DNA from: Candidatus Woesearchaeota archaeon
GTDB taxonomy: Archaea; Nanobdellota; Nanobdellia; Woesearchaeales; SKGA01
Length of the DNA: 45,809 nt
Assembly (NCBI GenBank): GCA_050187915.1
Contig: JBFXLI010000007.1
Coordinates: 1-45,809, forward strand
Reading direction: 5' to 3'
The notes beneath the pieces are model-generated. The model was not told where the DNA came from, made no database searches, and saw nothing but the letters and a program-made list of their open reading frames with translations. Of this stretch, positions 15,237 through 23,469 are shown piece after piece; positions within the stretch are counted from its first letter, which is position 1, and each line of letters opens with the position of its first letter. The position numbers were made by a program, and so were the translations under genes.

Positions 15237-17387
15237 TCATCCATTTTTCATCATTACTGCAATGATGTCATACCCAAATTCTTTTATTTTTGCTTTTGAA
15301 AGTCCAGAAATTCCTTCAAGTTCTTCTACATTTAAAGGTTGTAAATCTATCAAATTGTCTAAAACTTTATCTGAAAATATTTGATATGCAGATATTCCTC
15401 TGTCTTGTGCTTCTAAATATCTCCAACGTTTCAAGGCTTTTATTTGTTTTTCTACATTTTTTTCTTCTTTTGTACTTTCAATAATTTCTGAACAAATTTG
15501 TTTTGAAGCTGATTTTGTTATGAATGGTGTAAGTGAAGATGTATGAGTTATTCTTAAAACATCTTTTGCTCTTGTGCATGCAACATAAAGTAATCTTTTT
15601 TCTTCTTGTATTTGATCATAATTTTTTTCTGCTGTAAATATTTCAACGAATCTATGATCTTTTGCTTTACATGGATAATTTTTATAGTTTGCTTGTATTA
15701 CATATACTAATTTTGCTTCTAATCCTTTTATCGCATGTACTGTAGATAATGTTATTTCATCTTCCTTAGGTTCTAAATTTAATTGTTTTTTCTCATCTGT
15801 TCTTATTAAATATTTTATTCCAAGTTTGTCACATTCTTTTTGTATTTTTTCAAGTCCTTTGTTTGTTCTTGATAAGATGAATATTTCATTTCTTGGAATT
15901 GAAAGTAAGGATATTTCTTTTGCTATGCTTTTTGCTTCTGAATCTTCTGAGGAATATTTTGTTATTGTAACTGAACCTTCAATTTCTGAATTTGATGTGC
16001 ATGGTTCAAAACCTAGTTCACCTATTAATTTGTTTGTGAAGTCTACTATTGATTTTGTTGAACGAAAATTTTTTGTTAATTGTATTACTTCTGTTGTTGT
16101 ATCTGCGAAGTCATATATTCTTTCTGGCTCTGCTCCTCGCCATGCAAATATACTTTGTCTTGGGTCGCCTACTACGAATAAATTTTCAATTGCTATTAAA
16201 TTTAATAATTTTACTTGTTCAGAATTTACATCTTGATATTCATCTACTAAAACCCATTTGTATTTTTTTCTTGTTGATGGGTGATTTTCATATAATTTTA
16301 ATATATCTATTAATTGATCACTATATGTTCTTAATGATTGTTGTTCTAATTTTTCTGTTACTAATTTTAAAAGTTGGAGTATGGATGTTGCTGTAACTTT
16401 ATCTGATAATTGACTTAGATTTGATCTTTTTTCAAATTCTAATATATTTTTATTTTCTAATAAAAATGCATCAAGTATTGCTGAAAAATCATAAAGAAAT
16501 GAAAAAAATAATTGTCTTTGATCTTTTCCTTGTTTTTCTCTTGTGGTGAAGTAATGATTTAGAAATGTATCTGTTGTAAATCCAAGTTCATTCATTGAAG
16601 AAGTAATTAATTTTATGAATTGTTTTGAAGAAGCCATTTGTTTTTCTTTGCCGTAAAGTAATAATGAATAATAACTTATTTCTTTTTCTGCAAAGGAATT
16701 AAATGTTTCTACTCTTACTTGTTTTGAAGGCATTAATTTTGATAATCTAGATATCATTTCTTGTCTTGCTTTTCTTGTAAATGTTATTGCTAAAACATCT
16801 TCTGGTTTTACTCCTAAAAATTTTACTAAAAATATTATTTTATTTGTTAATACGCTTGTCTTTCCTGAGCCTGCACCTGCAATACAAAGTTGTTTCTTTG
16901 AAAGGCAAGTTATCGCTTTTTTTTGTTCATTTGTAAATCCACTTAAAAATAATTCAAATTCTTTAAAAATTATTTCATCTTGTTCAGTTATTGTTGTTTT
17001 TGGAAATACTTTTTTCGTACATTCGTTTTTTATTCCATCTACTTTTAGAGTTAAGTTTCTTTCTGAAAGTTCATCTTTTGCTTTTGTTGTTAATATTAAT
17101 ACTGGATATAATCCTTTTTCTTTTTTTATGGAAATAAAATTTAAATTCATTAAATAATCTATAAATGTAGAGATTTCTTCTTCAGTGTATCCTCCTAAAG
17201 AACCATGATATATTTTTTTATGTAATTCATGTTTAATTATTTGTGAGTTTGTTTCTCCGCGTAAAATATTTATTAATAATTTTTTTCCTACAGAAAAGTC
17301 TAGTTCATCTATTAAATTAAAAATTGTAATGTGATCATAATTTGGTTTTTTACTTACTTTTAAAGAACCATCTGAATTAAATTCCAT
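15237..17387 (-). CDS. UvrD/PcrA-type SF1 DNA helicase with an N-terminal RecQ-like RQC winged helix and a C-terminal HRDC domain
   Basis: The Walker A motif is AGAGSGKTS. Other helicase motifs are VLVDEYQDVN, TVHAIKGLEAKLVYV and RLLYVACTRAKD. The N-terminus LRGETNSQIIKHELHKKIYHGSLGGYTEEEISTFIDYLM is RQC-like. The C-terminus LKRWRYLEAQDRGISAYQIFSDKVLDNLIDLQPLNVEELEGISGLSKAKIKEFG is HRDC-like. Confidence 0.8.
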   Translation of the reverse strand: MEFNSDGSLKVSKKPNYDHITIFNLIDELDFSVGKKLLINILRGETNSQIIKHELHKKIYHGSLGGYTEEEISTFIDYLMNLNFISIKKEKGLYPVLILTTKAKDELSERNLTLKVDGIKNECTKKVFPKTTITEQDEIIFKEFELFLSGFTNEQKKAITCLSKKQLCIAGAGSGKTSVLTNKIIFLVKFLGVKPEDVLAITFTRKARQEMISRLSKLMPSKQVRVETFNSFAEKEISYYSLLLYGKEKQMASSKQFIKLITSSMNELGFTTDTFLNHYFTTREKQGKDQRQLFFSFLYDFSAILDAFLLENKNILEFEKRSNLSQLSDKVTATSILQLLKLVTEKLEQQSLRTYSDQLIDILKLYENHPSTRKKYKWVLVDEYQDVNSEQVKLLNLIAIENLFVVGDPRQSIFAWRGAEPERIYDFADTTTEVIQLTKNFRSTKSIVDFTNKLIGELGFEPCTSNSEIEGSVTITKYSSEDSEAKSIAKEISLLSIPRNEIFILSRTNKGLEKIQKECDKLGIKYLIRTDEKKQLNLEPKEDEITLSTVHAIKGLEAKLVYVIQANYKNYPCKAKDHRFVEIFTAEKNYDQIQEEKRLLYVACTRAKDVLRITHTSSLTPFITKSASKQICSEIIESTKEEKNVEKQIKALKRWRYLEAQDRGISAYQIFSDKVLDNLIDLQPLNVEELEGISGLSKAKIKEFGYDIIAVMMKNG

Positions 17388-17427
17388 ACAAAATATAGGT
17401 AAAAAAAGGTGTTTAAAAATCTATTGA

Positions 17428-18345
17428 TTATTTTCTATGTCTTAGTGCTATCATTGAACCTGAAAAATCTGTTGTTTCTGTTAATATCATATGATAATTG
17501 TGTAATAAAACAAGTTCTTCTTTTGGTGAATTTTCTAGAAGATTTATGAAATCTTCTTCTAATTTTATTTTTATATCATTTGCTTCAACTAATTTATTAA
17601 ATGAAAAATTATAAAAACATTCATAATATAATTTAAGGTAATTGTTGACTTCTTGTATAAATTTTAATAATTTGTTTGAAACTTTAGGTATTTTTACTTT
17701 GTAATGTTTTGCAATGTATTTAAATGAATCTCCTATTGTTTCTAAATTCCAAGCAAGCATATACCAAAAGTGTCCATCTTCTTTTTCTCTTAGATTTTTA
17801 TTTAATAGTCTACAACAAAAATTTGTTAGTTTATTGTTTTCATGTTCTAAATTTATTTGATTTAATAGAAGTAAATTATCTTGATTTTTTATGGATTCAT
17901 ACATTTCTTCTGACATAGTTATTAATTGTCTGAATGTTCTTCTTAATGCTGAATCAAATTCGTTTGCATCTGTAACTGCAATTTGTCCTATTATTAATTT
18001 TAAATTTGTCTTTTGTTTTATTATGAAACCTATAAATAAGTTGTCTATTAAATCTTCAATTGTTTTAACTTGTTCTTCATTATAAGATGTTATTATTATT
18101 TCATCATACCCTTGTTTGTGTAATGATGCTATTTCCCATCTTAAAATTCTTTCAGATATTCCTTTAATATCTATTGTTATTTGTTTTATTTCTGGTTTTT
18201 TATTTAATGGAGATAAAAGTAATTTATTATCTAAAATAGATATATCTATTTCATCTCCTTTTTTTAATTCGTTTAGTGAAATCCAATTTGAAGGTAAGGA
18301 TATAACTAAAGTTTTTTCCGCAAGTTTTATTATTTTTCTATTCAT
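17428..18345 (-). CDS. AbrB/SpoVT-PhoU fusion regulator (archaeal PhoU-like)
   Basis: The N-terminus KLAEKTLVISLPSNWISLNELKKGDEIDI is an AbrB-type swapped hairpin, followed by helical PhoU-like repeats. It is a paralog of 21292..22251. Confidence 0.65.
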   Translation of the reverse strand: MNRKIIKLAEKTLVISLPSNWISLNELKKGDEIDISILDNKLLLSPLNKKPEIKQITIDIKGISERILRWEIASLHKQGYDEIIITSYNEEQVKTIEDLIDNLFIGFIIKQKTNLKLIIGQIAVTDANEFDSALRRTFRQLITMSEEMYESIKNQDNLLLLNQINLEHENNKLTNFCCRLLNKNLREKEDGHFWYMLAWNLETIGDSFKYIAKHYKVKIPKVSNKLLKFIQEVNNYLKLYYECFYNFSFNKLVEANDIKIKLEEDFINLLENSPKEELVLLHNYHMILTETTDFSGSMIALRHRK

Positions 18346-19507
18346 TTTTATCTACCAAATTTATCATTAAATCAATTATAAAATCTATTAATTTTTTCTG
18401 TGTATCTTTCCAATCGAAACCAGAAGAAGCTATTTCTCTTGAATGTTTTCCAAATTCTTGTCTAAGATTTTTGTCTTTACATAAGAGTTCTAATTTTTTC
18501 ATTAATGTGTATGAATCTTTTAATGGAAAGAAGTATCCATTGTAATTATTTCGTACATAGTCTCTTACAAATCCTACACCTGTGGTTACAATAGGTAAAC
18601 CACAACTCATGGCTTCTAATGTTGATAATGAGGTTGTTTCTGTTAAAGAGGGTAAACAGTATATATCTATTGCAGGTATATAATTTTCAACCTCCATTTG
18701 CATAGGAATGTGTATTATATCTTTTTGATTTTCGAACTTTTTTTCTAATTTTGGAACTCCACTTCCAATTATTAATAATTTTATATTATTTACTTTTTTT
18801 CTTAATTTTATGAATGCTCTAAGTAATGTGTTTAAGTCTTTTTCATAAGCAATTCTGCCATGATATCCTATTACTATTTCATTTTCATTTATTGCCATAG
18901 ATGCTCTTACTTTTTGACGTTTATCTTCTGAGAATGGAATAAATTTATTTGAATCTACACCTAAGTTTATTATTTTTTTTGGTGTGTTAATATTTTCCCA
19001 GGATAACATGTCTGCTATTCTTTCAGAGGGAACTATTAGATAATCTACTTTTCTATATAAATATTTTACCCATAATTTAGATATTATTTTTGATATTTTT
19101 TTTAATATAAATGTATGTATTGATTTTGAAACTAAAAGCCATTCAAGAGAATGTGTATATACTATTGTTTTTAAATTTCTTTTTTTAGATAGCCATAAAG
19201 CCAAACCACCTATAGGTCCTATTGTTTGAGAGAATAAAACATCATCTTTTTTCAATGTTTTTGAAATTAAATTATATTTAATTTTCGGAAGTTGAAAGTC
19301 TCCAACATATTTTTTAGTTAAGGGTATTCTTACAAATTCAATTCCTTCTATTTCAATATTTTTTTCTTTGAAATCTGGACATATTATAATTATTTTAAAA
19401 TGTTTTTTTAATTCTGGTAAAATTGTTTCAAGAAATCTACTTATTCCATCCATTTTTGGCATGAAATTATCTGTAGCAATAATTAATCTTGGTAATTTTG
19501 ATATCAT
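18338..19507 (-). CDS. Glycosyltransferase family 4 (GT-B, group 1)
   Basis: It contains IGYHGRIAYEKD and LPSLTETTSLSTLEAMSCGLPIVTTGVGFVRDYV. Confidence 0.8.
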   Translation of the reverse strand: MISKLPRLIIATDNFMPKMDGISRFLETILPELKKHFKIIIICPDFKEKNIEIEGIEFVRIPLTKKYVGDFQLPKIKYNLISKTLKKDDVLFSQTIGPIGGLALWLSKKRNLKTIVYTHSLEWLLVSKSIHTFILKKISKIISKLWVKYLYRKVDYLIVPSERIADMLSWENINTPKKIINLGVDSNKFIPFSEDKRQKVRASMAINENEIVIGYHGRIAYEKDLNTLLRAFIKLRKKVNNIKLLIIGSGVPKLEKKFENQKDIIHIPMQMEVENYIPAIDIYCLPSLTETTSLSTLEAMSCGLPIVTTGVGFVRDYVRNNYNGYFFPLKDSYTLMKKLELLCKDKNLRQEFGKHSREIASSGFDWKDTQKKLIDFIIDLMINLVDKNE

Positions 19508-20166
19508 CTTATTTTTTGAAACTCCTCAGATAAACTTGTGTTGTGTTTAAATCCTGATAAAAATGCTTTTACATAAACGCTCCATGTTAAAAGCAACATT
19601 GAATCCCATTGACTTTTGAAAACTTTAAGTGCAGATATTTTTTTATCAAATGTTTCGCTTATATCTACTACTAATCTTGGTTTGTTTCTATTTTTATATT
19701 TGAAAAATCTCCAAACTCCAAATGTATAAATGTTTGTTTTAAAATTTTTATTTTTATTTAATTCATCATATGTTTCAATAACTAATTTATTTACTGCTTT
19801 ATGGTCTGGTAAATTATCATCATCTGCGTGTGTAAATATTTTTTCTGGTTTGTATTTTAATAGTAATTTTTTTAATTCTTCATTGAAATTTTTTTCATAG
19901 AAATCTTGTTTGAAATTTCCTTCTTTTAAATCAAAGAATATTACTTGTTGTCCACCTATTATTTTATCTGCCTTATGGGCTTCTTCTATTCTTAAATCTT
20001 TTATAACTTCTTTTTTGAAATGGGGGTTTGAAAAAACTCCATAAGAAAATATTATTGTCAATATATTTTTTCCTTCTTTGGCATATTTAGCTAGTGTAGC
20101 ACCAGGTCCTAATATTTGATCATCTGAATGTGCTACTATTGCAAAAATCCAAGATTTTTCTGTCAT
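19504..20166 (-). CDS. PIG-L / LmbE family N-acetylglucosaminyl deacetylase
   Basis: It contains AHSDDQILGPGATLAKYAKEGKN and THADDDNLPDHKAV. It overlaps the downstream GT4 gene by 4 nt. Confidence 0.8.
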   Translation of the reverse strand: MTEKSWIFAIVAHSDDQILGPGATLAKYAKEGKNILTIIFSYGVFSNPHFKKEVIKDLRIEEAHKADKIIGGQQVIFFDLKEGNFKQDFYEKNFNEELKKLLLKYKPEKIFTHADDDNLPDHKAVNKLVIETYDELNKNKNFKTNIYTFGVWRFFKYKNRNKPRLVVDISETFDKKISALKVFKSQWDSMLLLTWSVYVKAFLSGFKHNTSLSEEFQKIR

Positions 20167-20272
20167 AAGTAATTACAAATGGCGTTTATTTATTAAGATT
20201 ACTCTTTGAATTGATTGTTTTTAGTAGTAATATTTATAAAATAACTCAATATTCTTTGAATTAACTGGTTAT

Positions 20273-20392
20273 GCATCGGTAGTCTAACGGCTAGGATACG
20301 GGCCTTCCATGCGCTAGAATCAAAGATTCGCTGAATCTTCTCTAGTGAGAAGATAGCCTGTGATTCGGGTTCGAATCCCGGCCGATGCACCA
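20273..20392 (+). tRNA. tRNA-Gly(UCC) with a 45-nt intron at the canonical 37/38 position (20310-20354) and an encoded CCA
   Basis: The hand-folded cloverleaf has acceptor GCATCGG/CCGATGC, anticodon stem CGGGC/GCCTG, loop CTTCCA[intron]A, T arm TCGGG-TTCGAAT-CCCGG and discriminator A followed by CCA. Confidence 0.85.
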
Positions 20393-20512
20393 TTTTTCTG
20401 TATAAAATAAATTAAATCATAACCTTATACTACCTTATAGTCCTTAAGGATTTCATTAATATTCTCATTTGTTTAAAATTATAACAGGTAAAAATTTACC
20501 TGGAGGAATATT

Positions 20513-20959
20513 ATGAATGATTTGAAAAAAAAGGATTTTGAGATTATAAAACACTTAAGGATGAATTCAAGACAAACTTTAACACAAATAAGTAAAAAAA
20601 CACATATACCTATATCAACTTTATATGATAAGTTGAGATTATATGAGAAGGAAGCAATATTAAAACATACTAGTATTATAGATTTTGATAAATTGGGTTA
20701 TTCTACTAGAACTCAAATTTATTTAAAAACTAATTTGGAAAATAGACATAAACTTCAAAATTTTCTTTTAACGCATGAAAATATAAATAATATGTTTCTT
20801 TTAACTAATGATTATGATTTTTGTTTGGATTGTGTTTTTGAGGATTCAAGGTCTGTTAGGGACTTTATTGATTATTTAGATAATGAATTTTGTATAGAAA
20901 AACAACAGGTTTTGTTTGTGGCTAAAGAAATTGTGGCTGAAAAATTTTTGGCTAGTTAA
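20513..20959 (+). CDS. Lrp/AsnC family transcriptional regulator
   Basis: The HTH is DFEIIKHLRMNSRQTLTQISKKTHIPISTLYDKLR, followed by a RAM-like C-terminal half. Confidence 0.75.
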   Translation: MNDLKKKDFEIIKHLRMNSRQTLTQISKKTHIPISTLYDKLRLYEKEAILKHTSIIDFDKLGYSTRTQIYLKTNLENRHKLQNFLLTHENINNMFLLTNDYDFCLDCVFEDSRSVRDFIDYLDNEFCIEKQQVLFVAKEIVAEKFLAS

Positions 20960-21067
20960 AACTATTTTATTTTTATTTCTTATTTTATTGTTTATTTTAT
21001 TGTTAAATTGTTAATTTAAAAATTAATATATGTAGAAAGAAGTATTTTAAAAATAAAAATAAAAAAA

Positions 21068-21205
21068 TTAATTTCTATAGTCGTTGTAACCCATTAAAAA
21101 TGCTGCTTCTTCAAAACTTAATTCGTCGTCTTCTAATTGGTCTTCTAACTCTTCTTGATATTTTTTTGGTTTTCCTTCATTAAACAACATATCATCTGCA
21201 AACAT
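21068..21205 (-). CDS. Candidate small acidic protein (45 aa)
   Basis: It is below the track cutoff. The sequence is MFADDMLFNEGKPKKYQEELEDQLEDDELSFEEAAFLMGYNDYRN, with GGTGGTAAGT immediately upstream of the ATG. Confidence 0.4.
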   Translation of the reverse strand: MFADDMLFNEGKPKKYQEELEDQLEDDELSFEEAAFLMGYNDYRN

Positions 21206-21291
21206 ACTTACCACCCCAATTATCTATTGATTTTTAAGTATTTATATCTTTTCACCATAAAATATATAAACTATATAGTATTTTATATGTT

Positions 21292-22251
21292 ATGGAAATA
21301 AGAAAAATCATTCAATTTGGGGGAAATTCGTTTGTTATTTCTTTACCTAAGAAATGGGTAGAAAATAATAATTTAAGTAAAGGAGACGCTGTATATATTG
21401 ATACTGAAAATGATGAACTTATTATTAAAAGTGGTTTGAAACAAGAAAAATCAAAAAAGATTGAAATTGAGATAAAGTTAGATTCTAAAACTAAAGAAAA
21501 ATCTGTAAAAAGAAAATTATTTCATGCTTATGTTAATGGAGCTACTAAAATTGTGTTTTATAGTGAAGATATTAATAAGTTTTCTGAAATGATAAATTTT
21601 GCAGCTGAAAAATATATTGCTCTTGAAATTGTTGAACAAACAAATAACAAAATTGTGGCTAAAACATATGTTAATACTGATGATGTTAAATTAGATAATT
21701 TTGTCAGAAGAATTGATAATACTATTCGTTCTATGATTATTGATTTAGAAAGTTGTTTTAAAGATGAAGGTAAAAACATTAAAGAAATAAGTTCTACTAT
21801 TAATCAAAGAGAAGAAAGTATTGATAAAATAAAAAGACTTGTTTATAGAGTTATAAAAGAAAGATTGAATAATCCAAGTTTACAAAAATTTGAAACTCCG
21901 TTAAAATTATTAAAATATTGGGATGCTGTTAAAATTTTGGAAAAGATTTCTAATTTGATAAGATTTATGACTACTTTAATTTCAGATGATAGGAAATTGA
22001 ATGGCGATAAAAAATTAAATGGTGAATTAAAAAATTCTTGTAAAGAAATTTCTAATTTAAAAAATATTTTTAATGAGATTATGAATTGTTTTTATAAAGA
22101 AGATTTTGAAAAATCTGATAAAATTTCTTCTACTATTGAAATTTTAAGAAAGGAATTATTGAAAAATTTAAATAATAAAAGTTATGAACAAAAGCAATTA
22201 ATTTTGAATTTGTTGGAGAATATGAGAGACTTAAATAGGCTTTCACATTAA
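21292..22251 (+). CDS. AbrB/SpoVT-PhoU fusion regulator (second paralog)
   Basis: The N-terminus is IIQFGGNSFVISLPKKWVENNNLSKGDAVYID, followed by helical PhoU-like repeats. Confidence 0.65.
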   Translation: MEIRKIIQFGGNSFVISLPKKWVENNNLSKGDAVYIDTENDELIIKSGLKQEKSKKIEIEIKLDSKTKEKSVKRKLFHAYVNGATKIVFYSEDINKFSEMINFAAEKYIALEIVEQTNNKIVAKTYVNTDDVKLDNFVRRIDNTIRSMIIDLESCFKDEGKNIKEISSTINQREESIDKIKRLVYRVIKERLNNPSLQKFETPLKLLKYWDAVKILEKISNLIRFMTTLISDDRKLNGDKKLNGELKNSCKEISNLKNIFNEIMNCFYKEDFEKSDKISSTIEILRKELLKNLNNKSYEQKQLILNLLENMRDLNRLSH

Positions 22252-22257
22252 ATTAAA

Positions 22258-22887
22258 ATGAAATTTGTTGTATTTGGAGATATACATGGTGACTTATTTG
22301 CTCTTGAAGAAGTTAGACATAAGTGTAATGTTGATGGTGTTGAAATAGCTATTTGTATTGGGGATTTAAGTTATTTTGAACATGATTTAGATTTTTTACT
22401 TGAGGTTTTAAATGATTTTCCAGTTCCTGTTTTAATTATACATGGTAATCATGAATTAAAGGAAAATGTTGAATTAATTACAAGTTATTTACCTAATTTA
22501 AGTTTTGTACACAAGAAAATTATTAAAATGAAAAATTTTAATTTTATGTTTTATGGTGGTGATGGATTTAGTAAATTAGATAAAGAATTTGAAGAGTGGA
22601 GTAATAAAGAAATTAAAAAACTAGATGTTGAAAATACTATTTTATTTTTACATGGTCCTCCTTACAATACTAAATTAGATGTTCCGTATGACAATCATCA
22701 TTGTGGTAATAAATCAACAAAAAAATTTTTAGAAAAACAACAAATTTTAATGAGTGTTTCTGGACATGTTCATGAAGGAGAAAATTTAACTGATTTTGTT
22801 GGAAAAACATTTTTGATAAATCCAGGACCTCTTGGTATGATTATTGATTTGAAAGATATACAAAAACAAAGAGAATTAAAAAATTAA
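22258..22887 (+). CDS. Calcineurin-like metallophosphoesterase
   Basis: It contains VVFGDIHGD, IGDLSYF, HGNHE, LHGPP and GHVHEG. Confidence 0.85.
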   Translation: MKFVVFGDIHGDLFALEEVRHKCNVDGVEIAICIGDLSYFEHDLDFLLEVLNDFPVPVLIIHGNHELKENVELITSYLPNLSFVHKKIIKMKNFNFMFYGGDGFSKLDKEFEEWSNKEIKKLDVENTILFLHGPPYNTKLDVPYDNHHCGNKSTKKFLEKQQILMSVSGHVHEGENLTDFVGKTFLINPGPLGMIIDLKDIQKQRELKN

Positions 22888-23411
22888 ATATTTCCGTTTC
22901 TTAAATCTAGAACTGAACGTATTTCATCTAATATTATTTCACTTGTCTTAGCATCAAATCTTGTGTTTATCATCATAAATGCTTGTGTTATGGTTGTAAT
23001 ATTATATATTTGTTGTCCATCAATTACTTGCACTATCATTAAAAATGAATTTGGAATTTGGCTTGAATATTTTTTAGTTATGTGTTCATTAAGATGTTCT
23101 AATATTTGTTTTGTAGATACAAATGATTTTAAATTTGTTAATTCTTGTATTATTCCTTCTTCTTTAAATGCATTTTCGAAATCTAATAATTTTATTGGAT
23201 TTAATTCAAATATTGCTAAATTATCTTTTTCTTTTGAATAAAATCCTATTTGCCAAGGTGATTTTTCTGAAAAATCTTTATTTAATTGTATGAAACCATG
23301 TGCTAAAGTGTATGATGGATTTTCTTTAGAAAATTTTTCATATTCTTTTGAACTTTCTAATTCTTTTATTGCTTCGCTAAATTCTTTAACCATTTTGTTT
23401 ATGTAGAACAA
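22884..23411 (-). CDS. Hypothetical protein
   Basis: This is a 175-aa ORF with no recognisable motif. Confidence 0.45.
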   Translation of the reverse strand: MFYINKMVKEFSEAIKELESSKEYEKFSKENPSYTLAHGFIQLNKDFSEKSPWQIGFYSKEKDNLAIFELNPIKLLDFENAFKEEGIIQELTNLKSFVSTKQILEHLNEHITKKYSSQIPNSFLMIVQVIDGQQIYNITTITQAFMMINTRFDAKTSEIILDEIRSVLDLRNGNI

Positions 23412-23469
23412 AAGATTATTTATAAATACAACTGAATTATTTATAAATAGGTAGGAATTGCTCTTAAAT

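Noticed and set aside
20199-20393. 64-aa minus-strand ORF
   Set aside because: It completely overlaps tRNA-Gly(UCC) and its intron. The GC-rich tRNA sequence creates the open frame.
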